Virus record (IMG/VR): IMGVR_UViG_3300035698_000810
Span: 2,839-66,838 of that record
DNA from: a virus
Direction: 5' to 3' (one strand)
DNA length: 64,000 nucleotides
The position numbers were made by a program, and so were the translations under genes. This document shows positions 7,677-18,244 of this stretch, in pieces. Below the pieces are notes generated by a model. It ran no database searches. It was not told where the DNA came from and saw only the letters and a program-made list of their open reading frames with translations. Numbering within the stretch: position 1 is the stretch's first letter; each line of letters opens with the position of its first letter.

Positions 7677-8234
7677 ATGGCAAATGATTCATTTAAGTGG
7701 ACCGATTCTAATACGGCCCAGTTTCTTTCCGTATTAGAAGCTACGGGTAAGTATTCGCATGCAAGCCGAGCTATACAAGCTCCGTTGAATGCGTACGCAG
7801 CCCGCGGTGAGCGTGATCCTTATTTTAAGGAGCTGATGAAGACCGCTATAGAGTTCTATAAGGACAGCTTCGAGATTGAGGCGACACGCAGAGCGATCAC
7901 TGGTAATGAGGAAGAGATATATCATAACGGCCAGGTAGTCGGCAGTAAGAAGGTTTATTCAGATGGTCTTCTTCGCGTTCTTCTGAAGGCAAATGATCCG
8001 GCAAAGTTCAGCGATAAACAGGTTATCGACCACAACCACAATGGTACTATCCAACACGACCTGAACCTCGATGCACTCCCCTATGAGCAACAAATCATGC
8101 TCTTTGAGATGTTACAAAAGGCCTCAGCCCTCCCATCAAATCCAGATGGTAAGTCACTGCACAAATACCAGACCCCTTTGGTAGCACCACAAGTTCAAGA
8201 CGTTAAATTCGAAGAGGTAGACCCTGATGCGTGA
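7677..8234 (+). CDS. terS: terminase small subunit
   Basis: EATRRAITG...YSDGLLRVLLKANDPAKF pattern; directly upstream of TerL. Confidence 0.8.
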   Translation: MANDSFKWTDSNTAQFLSVLEATGKYSHASRAIQAPLNAYAARGERDPYFKELMKTAIEFYKDSFEIEATRRAITGNEEEIYHNGQVVGSKKVYSDGLLRVLLKANDPAKFSDKQVIDHNHNGTIQHDLNLDALPYEQQIMLFEMLQKASALPSNPDGKSLHKYQTPLVAPQVQDVKFEEVDPDA

Positions 8235-9873
8235 GGACACAGGTCCTCCACAAATGGATCCAGTCCAGCGACAGCAGCTTGAAGACATGTATGCGCGGTT
8301 CGCTCCGCACCTTACTCCTGGCAAAGCTGCGTCGGCCTTAGAGGGTTTGAAGAAGGCTATGAGCGAGAAGTCCTTGTACGGATTTGCTCGCGCATCCTGG
8401 GAAGTATTAGAGCCTGGGCGCAAGTTCCAAGACAACTGGCACATTGGTGCTATATGCGAACACCTCGAAGCGTTTCACAACCGAGATTTCAAACGTCTCA
8501 TTATCAACGTACCCTTCCGTACTATGAAGTCAATACTATGTTCGGTATGTTTTCCTACATGGGTCTGGGGACCGAAGAATGAACCTGAACATCAATTCCT
8601 TTTTACGTCTCACGCAGAAAAGCTATCAACTCGTGATGCACAAAAGTCAAGATACCTTATCCAGTCTGACTGGTACCAACGTAATTGGGGAGATCGCTTC
8701 GACTTTAGACCTGATCAGAACCAAAAGGGTAGATACCAGAACGACAGGAACGGACACAGACTAAGTTACGGTCTCCTTGCAGGGATGACTGGTGAGGGTG
8801 GTGACACTCTGTTTGTGGATGACCCTCATGACCGTGACCAAGCCTTCTCTGACGCTGAACGTGGAGCCGCACTAGAAGCATTCGACGAAAAGCTTATGAC
8901 GCGTCTTAATGATCCAGCCGAGGGCGGTGTCGGTATCATTATGCAAAGACTACATGAAGATGATCTGACAGGCCACATACTATCTGAGATTGGTGGCTAT
9001 GAGCACTTGATGATTCCTATGAAGTTTGAGCCAGCGCGTAAGTGCTATACTGGGATGGGTTGGGAGGATCCTCGCACTGAAGAGGGTGAGCTCATGTGGC
9101 CCATGCGTTTCCCAGCGGGTGTTGTTAAGGCCCTTGAGGTATCACTGGGCGACTACGGTTCAGCTGGCCAGTTCCAACAGAACCCTGCTCCGTCTGAAGG
9201 TGGTATGCTCAAGTACGAGTGGTTCGAAGAGTGGCCTGATGACAAGCCTCTCCCCGAGTTCTTGTACATACTACAGTCCTGGGATACAGCTATGGATGAG
9301 AAGTCTGTACTGAAGAATAAGAAGGGACAGCCTGATTTCTCGGCGTGCGTTACGTGGGGAGTGTTCTACGATCCCAAGTCGTCTGACTCTGGTTCTATAA
9401 CAGAGAACTACAGTCTTTTCCTAATAGATGTGTATGATACGCAGGAAGATTATACTGTCGTGCGTAAGGAAGCGAAGAAGCTTGATGCGAGACTTTCTCC
9501 AGACCTTATCGTGATTGAGAAGAAAGCTAATGGTATGGCACTGGCCGCGGATCTGAGAGACGTAGTCAGAGCTAACATTATGAAGTACGACCCACGCGCA
9601 GATAAGGTGGCAAGAACCCGCATAGTTGCACCCTATCTACAGGAGTGTACTGTGTACGTTCCTAAACGAAAGTGGGCTAGAAAGCTCATAGAACAACATT
9701 GTAAGTTCCCAAATGCTAAATGGGATGATATACATGATGCTTCAATCCAAGGCCTCATCTTCTTGAAAGACAGATTCTGGATGATACACCCAGACGATTT
9801 AGTATCCGACAATGACGAAGATGACATGGACGAGGCGCGCTATCATTTGAACCAGAGGAAATACTATGGCTGA
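8227..9873 (+). CDS. terL: terminase large subunit
   Basis: INVPFRTMKS (Walker A variant), FVDDPH (Walker B), IMQRLHEDDL, QSWDTA and DDIHDA nuclease motifs. Confidence 0.95.
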   Translation: MREDTGPPQMDPVQRQQLEDMYARFAPHLTPGKAASALEGLKKAMSEKSLYGFARASWEVLEPGRKFQDNWHIGAICEHLEAFHNRDFKRLIINVPFRTMKSILCSVCFPTWVWGPKNEPEHQFLFTSHAEKLSTRDAQKSRYLIQSDWYQRNWGDRFDFRPDQNQKGRYQNDRNGHRLSYGLLAGMTGEGGDTLFVDDPHDRDQAFSDAERGAALEAFDEKLMTRLNDPAEGGVGIIMQRLHEDDLTGHILSEIGGYEHLMIPMKFEPARKCYTGMGWEDPRTEEGELMWPMRFPAGVVKALEVSLGDYGSAGQFQQNPAPSEGGMLKYEWFEEWPDDKPLPEFLYILQSWDTAMDEKSVLKNKKGQPDFSACVTWGVFYDPKSSDSGSITENYSLFLIDVYDTQEDYTVVRKEAKKLDARLSPDLIVIEKKANGMALAADLRDVVRANIMKYDPRADKVARTRIVAPYLQECTVYVPKRKWARKLIEQHCKFPNAKWDDIHDASIQGLIFLKDRFWMIHPDDLVSDNDEDDMDEARYHLNQRKYYG

Positions 9874-12400
9874 ACAATTGGTAAGTGATTACGATCCTGC
9901 TGCAAGTATAGCGTCGCGACTTGGTCCTGCAACTGACCAACCAACTTTACCTGGTATGCCTGAAGAAGTTATTACAGAGGTAGACCTAGACGGTCCCATG
10001 CCCACGGATGCTGAAGAAGGTAGAGCGGAGTTCAACACAAACTTGGCTATCAACATGGCCACCGGTGAGCTTGATAAGCTAGGCGCCGACCTACTAGAGA
10101 CGTTTGAATCTAACGTAGAGTCTAGGCGCGACTGGGAGAAGAACCTAGAGCGCGGCCTTGAGATGCTTGGCTTCGACCGTAATGATGATACTAGATCGGA
10201 ACCCTTCGATGGCGCATCCGCAATTTTCTATCCACTCATTGCCGAAGCTACCATCGAGTTCCAAGCTAAAACAATGCCAGAGGTTCTGCCCGTAGACGGA
10301 CCAGTAAAAGTAAAGACTGTTCCTAAAAACGCATCTACTGAAATCCGTCAACAGGCGGAACGAGTTGAACGGCATATGAATTTCCAAGTCACGGAGGAAA
10401 TCCCTGACTACTATGATGAGATGGATGCCATGCTGATTGACTACTCTCTTATGGGTAGTGCGTTTAAGAAAACATTCTGGGATGACCTTGAGTTCAGACC
10501 TGAGAGTAGGTTTGTTAAGGCCGAGAACTTCGTTATTGGCTACTCTTACAGTACCTTGGCGGGTTGTCCACACTACTCAGAGATATTTCATGAGCACGAC
10601 AACACAGTCAACAAGAAGATGCGTGCAGGCGTGTGGGCAGACGTAGAGCTTCCCGAAGTTCCTGAAATTAACATCAACGACATTCAGAACAAAGTCAACC
10701 GCATTGAGGGTATTACTCAGGCAAAAGAGTTTACCAAGGGTTGGCGTACACTCATTGAACATCACGTAGACCTTGCGCTGGTCGTAGATGAGGAAGATGC
10801 TGATGACACTACCATGCGTCCATACGTCGTCATTCAAGATTACTTCAGTCACGAAATTCTATCGATTAGACGAAACTGGAAGACAGACGATCCTAACGAG
10901 AAAAAGCGCGTCTGGTACACTCACTATAAGTTCATCCCGTGGAGAGGCTTTTACGGTATTGGATTCCTACATCTTATCGGAGGGATCAACGAAGCAGCAA
11001 CCGGTGCACTACGAGCTCTATTAGACTCTGCTGCCTTCTCAAATATGCAGGGTGGGTTCAGGCTTAAGGGTGGACGATCTTCTGCTCAGAATGTTGTTGT
11101 TGAGCCAGGTACGTTCCCAGAGATAGATGTACCAGTAGACGACATCCAAAAAGCAATTATGCCACTACCGTTTGGGGAACCGTCCAGCACCCTATTCCAA
11201 CTCCTTGGTTTGATGATTGAGACTGGGAGACGCTTCGCAAAGACTGCAGACCTTCAGGTTGGTGACGGAGCGAACACAGGTCCAGTAGGAACTACACTAG
11301 CCCTGCTTGAACAAGGTAGTAAGGTATACTCCGCAATTCACAAGCGCTTACACCGTGCGCAGAAGCATGAGTTTAAACTACTTGCAGAGTTAAACGAAGA
11401 ACACCTGCCAAGTGTATACAGCTACAATGAGATGGCTGGTATTGACTTCATTCGTCAGGAGGATTACTATGGCAATATTCAGATCATACCTGTGTCTGAT
11501 CCTAACATTTTCAGTAATGCTCAGCGTATGGCTATTATCCAGACTGTTATACAGCTGGCCAAGGCGTATCCTAAACTGTATGACGACTACGAAATTAACA
11601 AACGTGCACTAAATCTCCTTAAGGTTGAAGACCCAGATAAACTGTTGCCTTCACCTAAGGAAGCGTTTAGTGGTGACCCTGTAACTGAGAACATGGCAAT
11701 GATGAAGGGATCACCCATCGCTGCCAGGGAGCCGGACGAGCACAAGTCACATATGCAGGTACACACTGGCTGGTTCCAAGGATTACAGCCTGACATGCAG
11801 AAGATGCTGATGCCTACCTTTATGGCTCACATGGCTGAGCATATGATGTGGGCATACAAGCTTGCCTTGCAGAAAGAAATGGGTATGGAGTATTTACCAA
11901 CCCCAGATTTCGACGACAAGGAAGAAATGCAGACCGACGTACCGCAGGAGCTTGCCAACAAGCTTGCTATGATGGCTGCTGCAGCTACTGAGAAGCTTCG
12001 CGAGAAACTCCAGAAGCAACAACCTACTGACGAAGACAAAAAGAAACAGTCTGAGGATGCAGGTAATAAGATCAAGATGGCTGAAATCGAGCGTAAGACG
12101 AGGGCTGATGATAACATGCACGCGATTGCAACACGCGACCAGGATCGACGTGATCAAGATAGCCGAGTCAAAAACCAGATCGCTGGTGTTAAGCTGCGCA
12201 TCCAAGAGACGACGGCCAGTTCCAGTAATAAGGCAACAGATGCTAAGGCAACCAAGGACCTTATAGAGATGCTTGACGAGCTGCAGGCTATGATGCTAAC
12301 ACCCGCTGCGTCTAGGGCCAAGGCTGTTCAGGAGATGCTGGATGATATCAACGACGAAACGAAGTTTATCGAAGACGCTGCATCGTTAAGTATAAACTAA
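9866..12400 (+). CDS. portal protein
   Basis: 844 aa after TerL; EPFDGAS, GSAFKK, GFYGIG, PVGTTLALLE, IPVSDPN motifs; coiled-coil C-terminus. Confidence 0.9.
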   Translation: MAEQLVSDYDPAASIASRLGPATDQPTLPGMPEEVITEVDLDGPMPTDAEEGRAEFNTNLAINMATGELDKLGADLLETFESNVESRRDWEKNLERGLEMLGFDRNDDTRSEPFDGASAIFYPLIAEATIEFQAKTMPEVLPVDGPVKVKTVPKNASTEIRQQAERVERHMNFQVTEEIPDYYDEMDAMLIDYSLMGSAFKKTFWDDLEFRPESRFVKAENFVIGYSYSTLAGCPHYSEIFHEHDNTVNKKMRAGVWADVELPEVPEININDIQNKVNRIEGITQAKEFTKGWRTLIEHHVDLALVVDEEDADDTTMRPYVVIQDYFSHEILSIRRNWKTDDPNEKKRVWYTHYKFIPWRGFYGIGFLHLIGGINEAATGALRALLDSAAFSNMQGGFRLKGGRSSAQNVVVEPGTFPEIDVPVDDIQKAIMPLPFGEPSSTLFQLLGLMIETGRRFAKTADLQVGDGANTGPVGTTLALLEQGSKVYSAIHKRLHRAQKHEFKLLAELNEEHLPSVYSYNEMAGIDFIRQEDYYGNIQIIPVSDPNIFSNAQRMAIIQTVIQLAKAYPKLYDDYEINKRALNLLKVEDPDKLLPSPKEAFSGDPVTENMAMMKGSPIAAREPDEHKSHMQVHTGWFQGLQPDMQKMLMPTFMAHMAEHMMWAYKLALQKEMGMEYLPTPDFDDKEEMQTDVPQELANKLAMMAAAATEKLREKLQKQQPTDEDKKKQSEDAGNKIKMAEIERKTRADDNMHAIATRDQDRRDQDSRVKNQIAGVKLRIQETTASSSNKATDAKATKDLIEMLDELQAMMLTPAASRAKAVQEMLDDINDETKFIEDAASLSIN

Positions 12401-12446
12401 TTTTAATTTAGCCGTTTACAAGAGCCACAGAGCAGGAGTAATATAA

Positions 12447-12689
12447 ATGAATAGTTCTGATTTAGAAGTTATCAACGTAATCATTGAGGACTTTGTTAAA
12501 GAGCGTAGTGCTCTAGCAGAAAAGATAGTTGCAGGTAAGTTGGATTCTTTTCCATCATACAGGTATCACGTCGGGAAAGTTGAGCAGTGCGATGCATTAA
12601 TTCTTAAAACTAAAACTATTATGAAGCGTCTGTCTGATCAAGACAGTGATGATGGTGAAGAAAGCGCGCCCACTAAATTAGAGGAATAG
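12447..12689 (+). CDS. conserved small head-operon protein
   Basis: 80 aa, YRYHVG motif, between portal and GroES. Confidence 0.7.
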   Translation: MNSSDLEVINVIIEDFVKERSALAEKIVAGKLDSFPSYRYHVGKVEQCDALILKTKTIMKRLSDQDSDDGEESAPTKLEE

Positions 12690-12692
12690 AGT

Positions 12693-13148
12693 ATGTCAGA
12701 GCAGACACAAGACCTTTCGCCAGAAACTTTTATTGCTGGTGCCGCGTTAGAACTGGACACGTCATTCGAGCCGTTTCCAGAGATTGATCCAGGTGTAAAA
12801 GCTGTGGGTCACAGAGTTTTGGTTCAATATCGTAGCTCTAAGAAAATGTCTGCCGGCGGGATCATAATCCCCGGGACATCCCAGGAGATTGATGCACTGC
12901 AAACTACCGTAGTTAAAGTGGTCTCAATGGGCAACGGCTGCTACAAGGCTAGAGCCTCGGGTGAAACCTGGGCGTCAGGTGCGTGGTGCGACACAGGTGA
13001 CATGGTGCTTATTCCAAAGTTCGCTGGTCAAAGATTTAGAGTTGGAGAAGCTTGGTTTACAATGCTTAACGACGATAACATACTCGGGCGCGTAACAGAC
13101 GTAGACGCTATTACAGCGTTCACGCCAAATCTTTCATTTGCTGATTAG
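12693..13148 (+). CDS. groES: GroES-like co-chaperonin
   Basis: GHRVLV...SAGGIIIP...VVSMG...WCDTGDMV...FAG...LNDDNILG. Confidence 0.85.
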   Translation: MSEQTQDLSPETFIAGAALELDTSFEPFPEIDPGVKAVGHRVLVQYRSSKKMSAGGIIIPGTSQEIDALQTTVVKVVSMGNGCYKARASGETWASGAWCDTGDMVLIPKFAGQRFRVGEAWFTMLNDDNILGRVTDVDAITAFTPNLSFAD

Positions 13149-13161
13149 AGGGTAGAGTACC

Positions 13162-14166
13162 ATGGCAATTAAACCTAAGCGTTTAGACGGACTGACAGAC
13201 GACGACCTTAGTAGCAACGAGGACGGCTTACCGGATATCGGTGGTATTGATCTGTCTGATCGCGGTATACCAAAGACTGTCCAGCTTTCGGATGATGCTG
13301 ATGACAGTGATGATGTTGACGAGCCCGATGACGATGATGATGACAGCGACGATGACGACGACCTGAGCGTTGTCGGAGACGACGATGACGGAGATGACGA
13401 CGGAGACGATGACCTAGGCGTAGGCATCAAGCCCAGGCGGTTTGATAAATCTGCTAAGGGGCGCATCAGCGATTTAACGTCAGACGTTAATCAAGCTGGC
13501 GAGGTAATTCAAACACTTTCCACGCAGATCGAATCTCTTACTGCAAGTGTATCAAGCATGCATAAAAAAGAGTTTGATAATGCGCTGGTTGGATTAGATG
13601 CTGACGTTGTTCAAACCAAGAAAGACCTGGTCAAAGCTAAGCGGGACGATGATGCCGAAGGTGAGGTTGAACTCCAAGAACGGCTGTCTGATCTTAAAGC
13701 ACTTCAAACACAGTTTCATGCCCAGCGCGCGAACGCAGAGAAAAATGCAGGTCAGCCTGCGGCTAGGCCTACTGGCATGCAGACTCCTGAGGGTAAATCC
13801 TGGATGGGCAAGAACGGACACTGGTTCCGTCAAGCTGGATTTAAACGTGAGACCGCTCTTGCTTATGCAATTGACGCGGAACTTACCGAAGAGGGTATGA
13901 CACCGCAGACACGCGGCTATTACAAAGAATTATCCAAACGGCTTAAGGAAGCCCTTGGTAAACCACCGAAGAACTCTAGTTCACGTAAGTCTGGACAATC
14001 TCCGGTGAATGGTACAAAACCTAAGAATGGTACCAAAAATAAGAACCCACGGAAACACACGTTCGACCAGGACGAAATTGATATTGCTAAGGGTCTTGGT
14101 TTTGCTGGTAACCCTGAGTTGATGAAAACTTACGCAAAGAATCTGCGGCGCCAACAGGCTACCTAA
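13162..14166 (+). CDS. putative scaffolding protein
   Basis: Asp-rich N-terminus, coiled coil, W...N.WF motif, short C-terminal helix; located before the capsid genes. Confidence 0.7.
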   Translation: MAIKPKRLDGLTDDDLSSNEDGLPDIGGIDLSDRGIPKTVQLSDDADDSDDVDEPDDDDDDSDDDDDLSVVGDDDDGDDDGDDDLGVGIKPRRFDKSAKGRISDLTSDVNQAGEVIQTLSTQIESLTASVSSMHKKEFDNALVGLDADVVQTKKDLVKAKRDDDAEGEVELQERLSDLKALQTQFHAQRANAEKNAGQPAARPTGMQTPEGKSWMGKNGHWFRQAGFKRETALAYAIDAELTEEGMTPQTRGYYKELSKRLKEALGKPPKNSSSRKSGQSPVNGTKPKNGTKNKNPRKHTFDQDEIDIAKGLGFAGNPELMKTYAKNLRRQQAT

Positions 14167-14204
14167 CGCCGTTAAACTGAGCCTAGACAGAGGAGACCAA
14201 GCGC

Positions 14205-14813
14205 ATGACTAAGAGTAGCGCATCTAAAGAAACCGGAGAATCTCGCAGTGAAGAAGCTGATGTACCAGAACCTACTGTGTACACATCAGCTAATGAAGCT
14301 TCGGACCAAGACGTTGAGGATACTCGAGCAAACGAGGATCGTACATCTGAGGTCCGTGCGGCAGACGATCGTTCTGAAGAAGAGCGGTTAGCTATGTCGC
14401 GCGCGGTTGCTTGGGACTATAGTACTCTTCCTGCACCCCCAGACTCACCTGCTAATGCGGACTTTGCATATCGCTATGTTCGTGTGGAATTGGCCAACGT
14501 CCCAGACCCTGGGAACTTTGGACGAGCCCTGCAACGCGGCTTCGTTCCAGTCCAGCCTGAGGAACTTCCTGGCTTCCACGCCCCCACAATTAAGAACGGG
14601 GACTTTAACGGGATGATAGGTATTCAGGGACTTGTTCTCTGTAAGATACCTAAATCGTTCTTGAAGGTCAAAAAAGATATGATTGCCAAGAAGAATGATT
14701 TGCTCGTACGGGCGGTACAGGATAATGCACTATCTATCCAAGATAAACGGATGCCTTTTGTTGATCACAAAAATGAGTCCTCAGTATCCAGGGGCGTCGC
14801 TCTTCGGGACTGA
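14205..14813 (+). CDS. conserved head-region protein
   Basis: YRYVR...GFVPV...IGIQGLVLCKIP pattern. Confidence 0.7.
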   Translation: MTKSSASKETGESRSEEADVPEPTVYTSANEASDQDVEDTRANEDRTSEVRAADDRSEEERLAMSRAVAWDYSTLPAPPDSPANADFAYRYVRVELANVPDPGNFGRALQRGFVPVQPEELPGFHAPTIKNGDFNGMIGIQGLVLCKIPKSFLKVKKDMIAKKNDLLVRAVQDNALSIQDKRMPFVDHKNESSVSRGVALRD

Positions 14814-14842
14814 TACATTCTAACTTTTGGAGTTAAGCACAA

Positions 14843-15409
14843 ATGACAAATCTTGATGCACCTCGTGGGCTAGTGCCTACAGGCCATCTGTCAGGCGGCA
14901 CTCCGAATCGACTGAATGAATACTCTATTGCGTCAGCGTATGGCACTAATATCTTCACAGGGCAACTTGTTGAGAGAACGGGCACAGGTAGTAACATCGC
15001 CGTTTCAGGTGTTACCAACGCTGACAATCTGGGTGTTTTTGCAGGCGTTCGGTATGTTGATGCAAATGGTCACCCAGTCTGGGCGCGTTATTGGACGGCT
15101 AGTACAGTCGGTACCGATATTGTGGCTTTGGTCTACGATGATCCAGACACTATCTTTACTATCCAGAACGACGGTACGTATACCGCCGCGATGGAAGGTA
15201 ATGTGGCCGACACTGCTGGTACAGGCGGGAACACGGCAACTGGTCTTACTACGCAGGAACTCGGCACAGCTAGTGTCGCAACGTCTGGTAGTGGTCAGTT
15301 GAAGATTCTCGGCTTGACGAAGCGTGTCGATAACGAAGTCGGCTTGAACGCTGATGTGAACGTTATTATTAACGAACACATCAACCGTGCAACGTCCGCA
15401 GCGGTTTAG
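14843..15409 (+). CDS. putative capsid decoration/cement protein
   Basis: NLDAPRGLVP...IFTGQLV...GVFAG...VYDDP; directly before the major capsid gene. Confidence 0.65.
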   Translation: MTNLDAPRGLVPTGHLSGGTPNRLNEYSIASAYGTNIFTGQLVERTGTGSNIAVSGVTNADNLGVFAGVRYVDANGHPVWARYWTASTVGTDIVALVYDDPDTIFTIQNDGTYTAAMEGNVADTAGTGGNTATGLTTQELGTASVATSGSGQLKILGLTKRVDNEVGLNADVNVIINEHINRATSAAV

Positions 15410-15421
15410 GGAGACTGAATC

Positions 15422-16330
15422 ATGGCGGTAACTCGCTCATCACTACCAGGTCTTCTTGAACCTGGACTAAATACCGTCTTCGACCAAATGTACGGAGAGT
15501 ACATCAACGAATACAGTCAAGTGTTCGATGTTAGTTCCTCAAAGAAGGCATTTGAAGAAGACACACTGGTCTACGGTCTGGGTGCAGCCCAGGAAAAAGG
15601 TGAAGGCGCCGGCGTCTCATACGACGAAGGTGGCGAAGCCTGGACCTCACGTTACGTCCATAAAACGTACGCACTGGCTTTCAGTGTTACTGAAGAGGCT
15701 ATCGAAGATAACCTCTATATGGAAGTATCCAGCAAGTATACGAAGTACCTTGCTCGGTCCGTGAACCACACAAAAGAAATTGAAGGCGCACTGATTCTTA
15801 ACCGCGCATTCAACAGTTTCTACCTCGGTGGAGACGGCGTCGAACTTTGTTCACGCCTGCACCCACTGGCTGGTGGCGGTACGCATGCTAATGAGCTTGC
15901 TACTCCGGCCGATTTGTCTGAAGCTTCTATCGAACAGATGCTAATCGACATTCGGAATGCTACAGACGACCGTGGCATCCCGGCGGCATTTAATGGGCAA
16001 AAGCTCGTTATCCCACCTGAGCTGATGTTCGTTGCTACGCGTATCATGGAAACCATGTATCGCCCTGGCACTCAGGACAACGACGTCAACGCGCTCAAGT
16101 CCATGGGTATGATTCCCCAGGGCTTCTGCGTCATCACGCGACTGACTGATTCAGACGCATGGTTCATCAAGACTGATGCCATGGACGGTCTGCGTTGGTT
16201 TGACCGGGTTGCCGTAAGCCGTAAAGGCGAGGGCGACTTTGAAACAGGCAACTGGCGTTATAAGACACGTTGTCGTTTCTCAGTTGGTTGGACTGACTGG
16301 CGCGCAATCTGGGGTTCACCAGGCGCTTAA
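15422..16330 (+). CDS. major capsid protein
   Basis: LEPGLN...ALAFSVTEEAIEDNLY...GGDGV...GDFETGN.RYK.R.RFS.GW.DWR; followed by a terminator. Confidence 0.9.
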   Translation: MAVTRSSLPGLLEPGLNTVFDQMYGEYINEYSQVFDVSSSKKAFEEDTLVYGLGAAQEKGEGAGVSYDEGGEAWTSRYVHKTYALAFSVTEEAIEDNLYMEVSSKYTKYLARSVNHTKEIEGALILNRAFNSFYLGGDGVELCSRLHPLAGGGTHANELATPADLSEASIEQMLIDIRNATDDRGIPAAFNGQKLVIPPELMFVATRIMETMYRPGTQDNDVNALKSMGMIPQGFCVITRLTDSDAWFIKTDAMDGLRWFDRVAVSRKGEGDFETGNWRYKTRCRFSVGWTDWRAIWGSPGA

Positions 16331-16359
16331 TCTCCCTGCTGGGTAGATTACTAAGAGAG

Positions 16360-16393
16360 ACGGCCCTGCTTAACGGTGGGGCCGTTTTTTTTT
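16360..16393 (+). terminator. Rho-independent terminator after the major capsid gene
   Basis: ACGGCCCTGCT-TAAC-GGTGGGGCCGT followed by a T-run. Confidence 0.85.
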
Positions 16394-16490
16394 AATGTTT
16401 ACATCGAGTTAAAAACTGTCGACAATAGTATCAACATTCTTGCTGACGTGCGCGTCAGTGTCTTGAAACAATAGATGAGGATTATACGAT

Positions 16491-17243
16491 ATGTCGAAGC
16501 AGCACATGGGCCATGCAGATGAAACGTACATCGGGGCGGCACAATACGGTCCTGCCCACGCGAGATACGGTCGCAAGGGGCAACTTGTTAGCATGGTGGC
16601 TCGTTACGTTCTTGGCGCTCCTCTCACTCTGGACGCTGACGGCTTAATCAAAGCGGCCACTTCGACTGAACTCCCAGACACTGAAACAGTCACATACGAC
16701 CTCGACAGCATCGGCACATCGCCAGCTGACGGCGCAAGTACAACCTGGATTCTAGACGTACCGCGTAACGTCACAGTCACTACCACACACGATTCATCTG
16801 TTGTAGCAATGACAGTTACTGTGACTGGTACGGACGAGTACGGCGAAACGCTGGTTGAGCTAGTTACCGTTGCAGCGACTGGCACATCTCAAGCTGATGC
16901 AACGGTCAAAGCCTTTAAGACTGTTACCAGCCTCGCAATTACCGCGGCTGCTGACGCTGAAGCCAATACGTGCAACATCGGCTGGGGTAACGCACTAGGT
17001 TTGCCCATCCGTATGGATGCTGGAACGTGTATCGCCTTCTTTGCAGATAACACTGAAGAGCTTACAGAAGCTACTTCGGTCGTCGCTGTTACTAGTACGG
17101 CCACTTCAACTACGGGCGACGTCCGCGGGACAATCACCCCCAACACAGCGTGCAATGGTACAGTCAACTTCGTTGCATGTATCATACCTGCTGCAAATAA
17201 CTCCAAAGAAAATCTGTTTGGTGTCACCCAATACGGCGGCTAA
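16491..17243 (+). CDS. putative virion structural protein
   Basis: Thr/Ala-rich; LDVPRNV, GTDEYG, KAFKTV and ATSTTGDVRGT motifs. Confidence 0.7.
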   Translation: MSKQHMGHADETYIGAAQYGPAHARYGRKGQLVSMVARYVLGAPLTLDADGLIKAATSTELPDTETVTYDLDSIGTSPADGASTTWILDVPRNVTVTTTHDSSVVAMTVTVTGTDEYGETLVELVTVAATGTSQADATVKAFKTVTSLAITAAADAEANTCNIGWGNALGLPIRMDAGTCIAFFADNTEELTEATSVVAVTSTATSTTGDVRGTITPNTACNGTVNFVACIIPAANNSKENLFGVTQYGG

Positions 17244-17266
17244 ACTCTAACTGAGGAGGTTAGCTT

Positions 17267-17917
17267 ATGAGACCCAAAACGAAAACAATCTCGATGGAAG
17301 CAGCGGATCCGAACGGGATCTTCTTGTCTGCAACACCGGGCGGTGCAGGTGAATTAGCAATAACAGGCGCACTAGCAACAGACGGTGTTGCTACTTTAGA
17401 CAGCCACGGCTGGCCTCGACAAGTCGGCATCACATCAGCTGGTGATGAAACAGGTGTAACATTCACCATCACCGGCCAGATACTTAAATCTGGCAACTAT
17501 GTAACTGAAGTAGTTGCGGGTCTTGATACAGGTGTAGCAGTCTCGGTTGGCCACTTTTACACAGTATCTAGCATAGTTATATCTGGCGCAGGTACTGGTG
17601 ATATTATAATCGGCACGAACGGTGTAGGTTCAACTGGTTGGATTCCAATGGATGACCGGACAGACACCTTCGATGTAGGTATTGCTGTGACAGTAGGTGC
17701 TGGTACAGTTAACTGGACAGTTCAGTGGACCCAGGGTAATGTGTGGGATAGAGATGCGCTGAACTCCAGTCTTGTTGCTTTCACTGATTCTGCTATCTCT
17801 GCCAAAGCTGTAGACGTAGATCAAGCACTACCCAACCGATGCCGCGCGGTGCGGCTTCAGATTAATTCAGGAACAGATCCAGCTACGATGTATCTAACAC
17901 CAGCTGGGGTGTCCTGA
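17267..17917 (+). CDS. putative virion structural protein
   Basis: Gly/Thr-rich, beta-type 216 aa; GGAGG RBS. Confidence 0.65.
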   Translation: MRPKTKTISMEAADPNGIFLSATPGGAGELAITGALATDGVATLDSHGWPRQVGITSAGDETGVTFTITGQILKSGNYVTEVVAGLDTGVAVSVGHFYTVSSIVISGAGTGDIIIGTNGVGSTGWIPMDDRTDTFDVGIAVTVGAGTVNWTVQWTQGNVWDRDALNSSLVAFTDSAISAKAVDVDQALPNRCRAVRLQINSGTDPATMYLTPAGVS

Positions 17918-17918
17918 C

Positions 17919-18242
17919 ATGTCTGATGCAGCATTAGAAGGTAGTGGTATAATGTCTGATTGGCATCTTAGTAAAGAAATAAATGTCGGTATAGTTCTTG
18001 TTATCGTGGGACAGCTAGTGCTCGGCACAGTGTGGCTTGGTAAGATTGATACGCGTGTTGATAACTTAGAATCAGATGTAGCGGCACTAACCCAAATCCC
18101 AGTTCAACTGGCCAAGATAGAAGCTGCAGTGCAGAGTGTTGATGACAAGTATTCTGATATGGCCGCTTGGATGCGTCGGTTCGACGAGCGGTGGTATACG
18201 CAGTATCAGGAGCGACCTTCAGACGGAGGCGATGGTAGGTAA
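17919..18242 (+). CDS. membrane-anchored coiled-coil protein
   Basis: WHLSKEIN, one TM segment, then a coiled coil. Confidence 0.6.
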   Translation: MSDAALEGSGIMSDWHLSKEINVGIVLVIVGQLVLGTVWLGKIDTRVDNLESDVAALTQIPVQLAKIEAAVQSVDDKYSDMAAWMRRFDERWYTQYQERPSDGGDGR

Positions 18243-18244
18243 GT

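Noticed and set aside
13290-13411. GAY-rich quasi-repeat and the antisense poly-Ser ORF 13134-13466
   Set aside because: Explained by the Asp tract of the scaffold protein; the antisense ORF is a shadow
16300-16400. Programmed frameshift or readthrough extension of the major capsid protein
   Set aside because: No slippery site before the TAA, and a terminator follows
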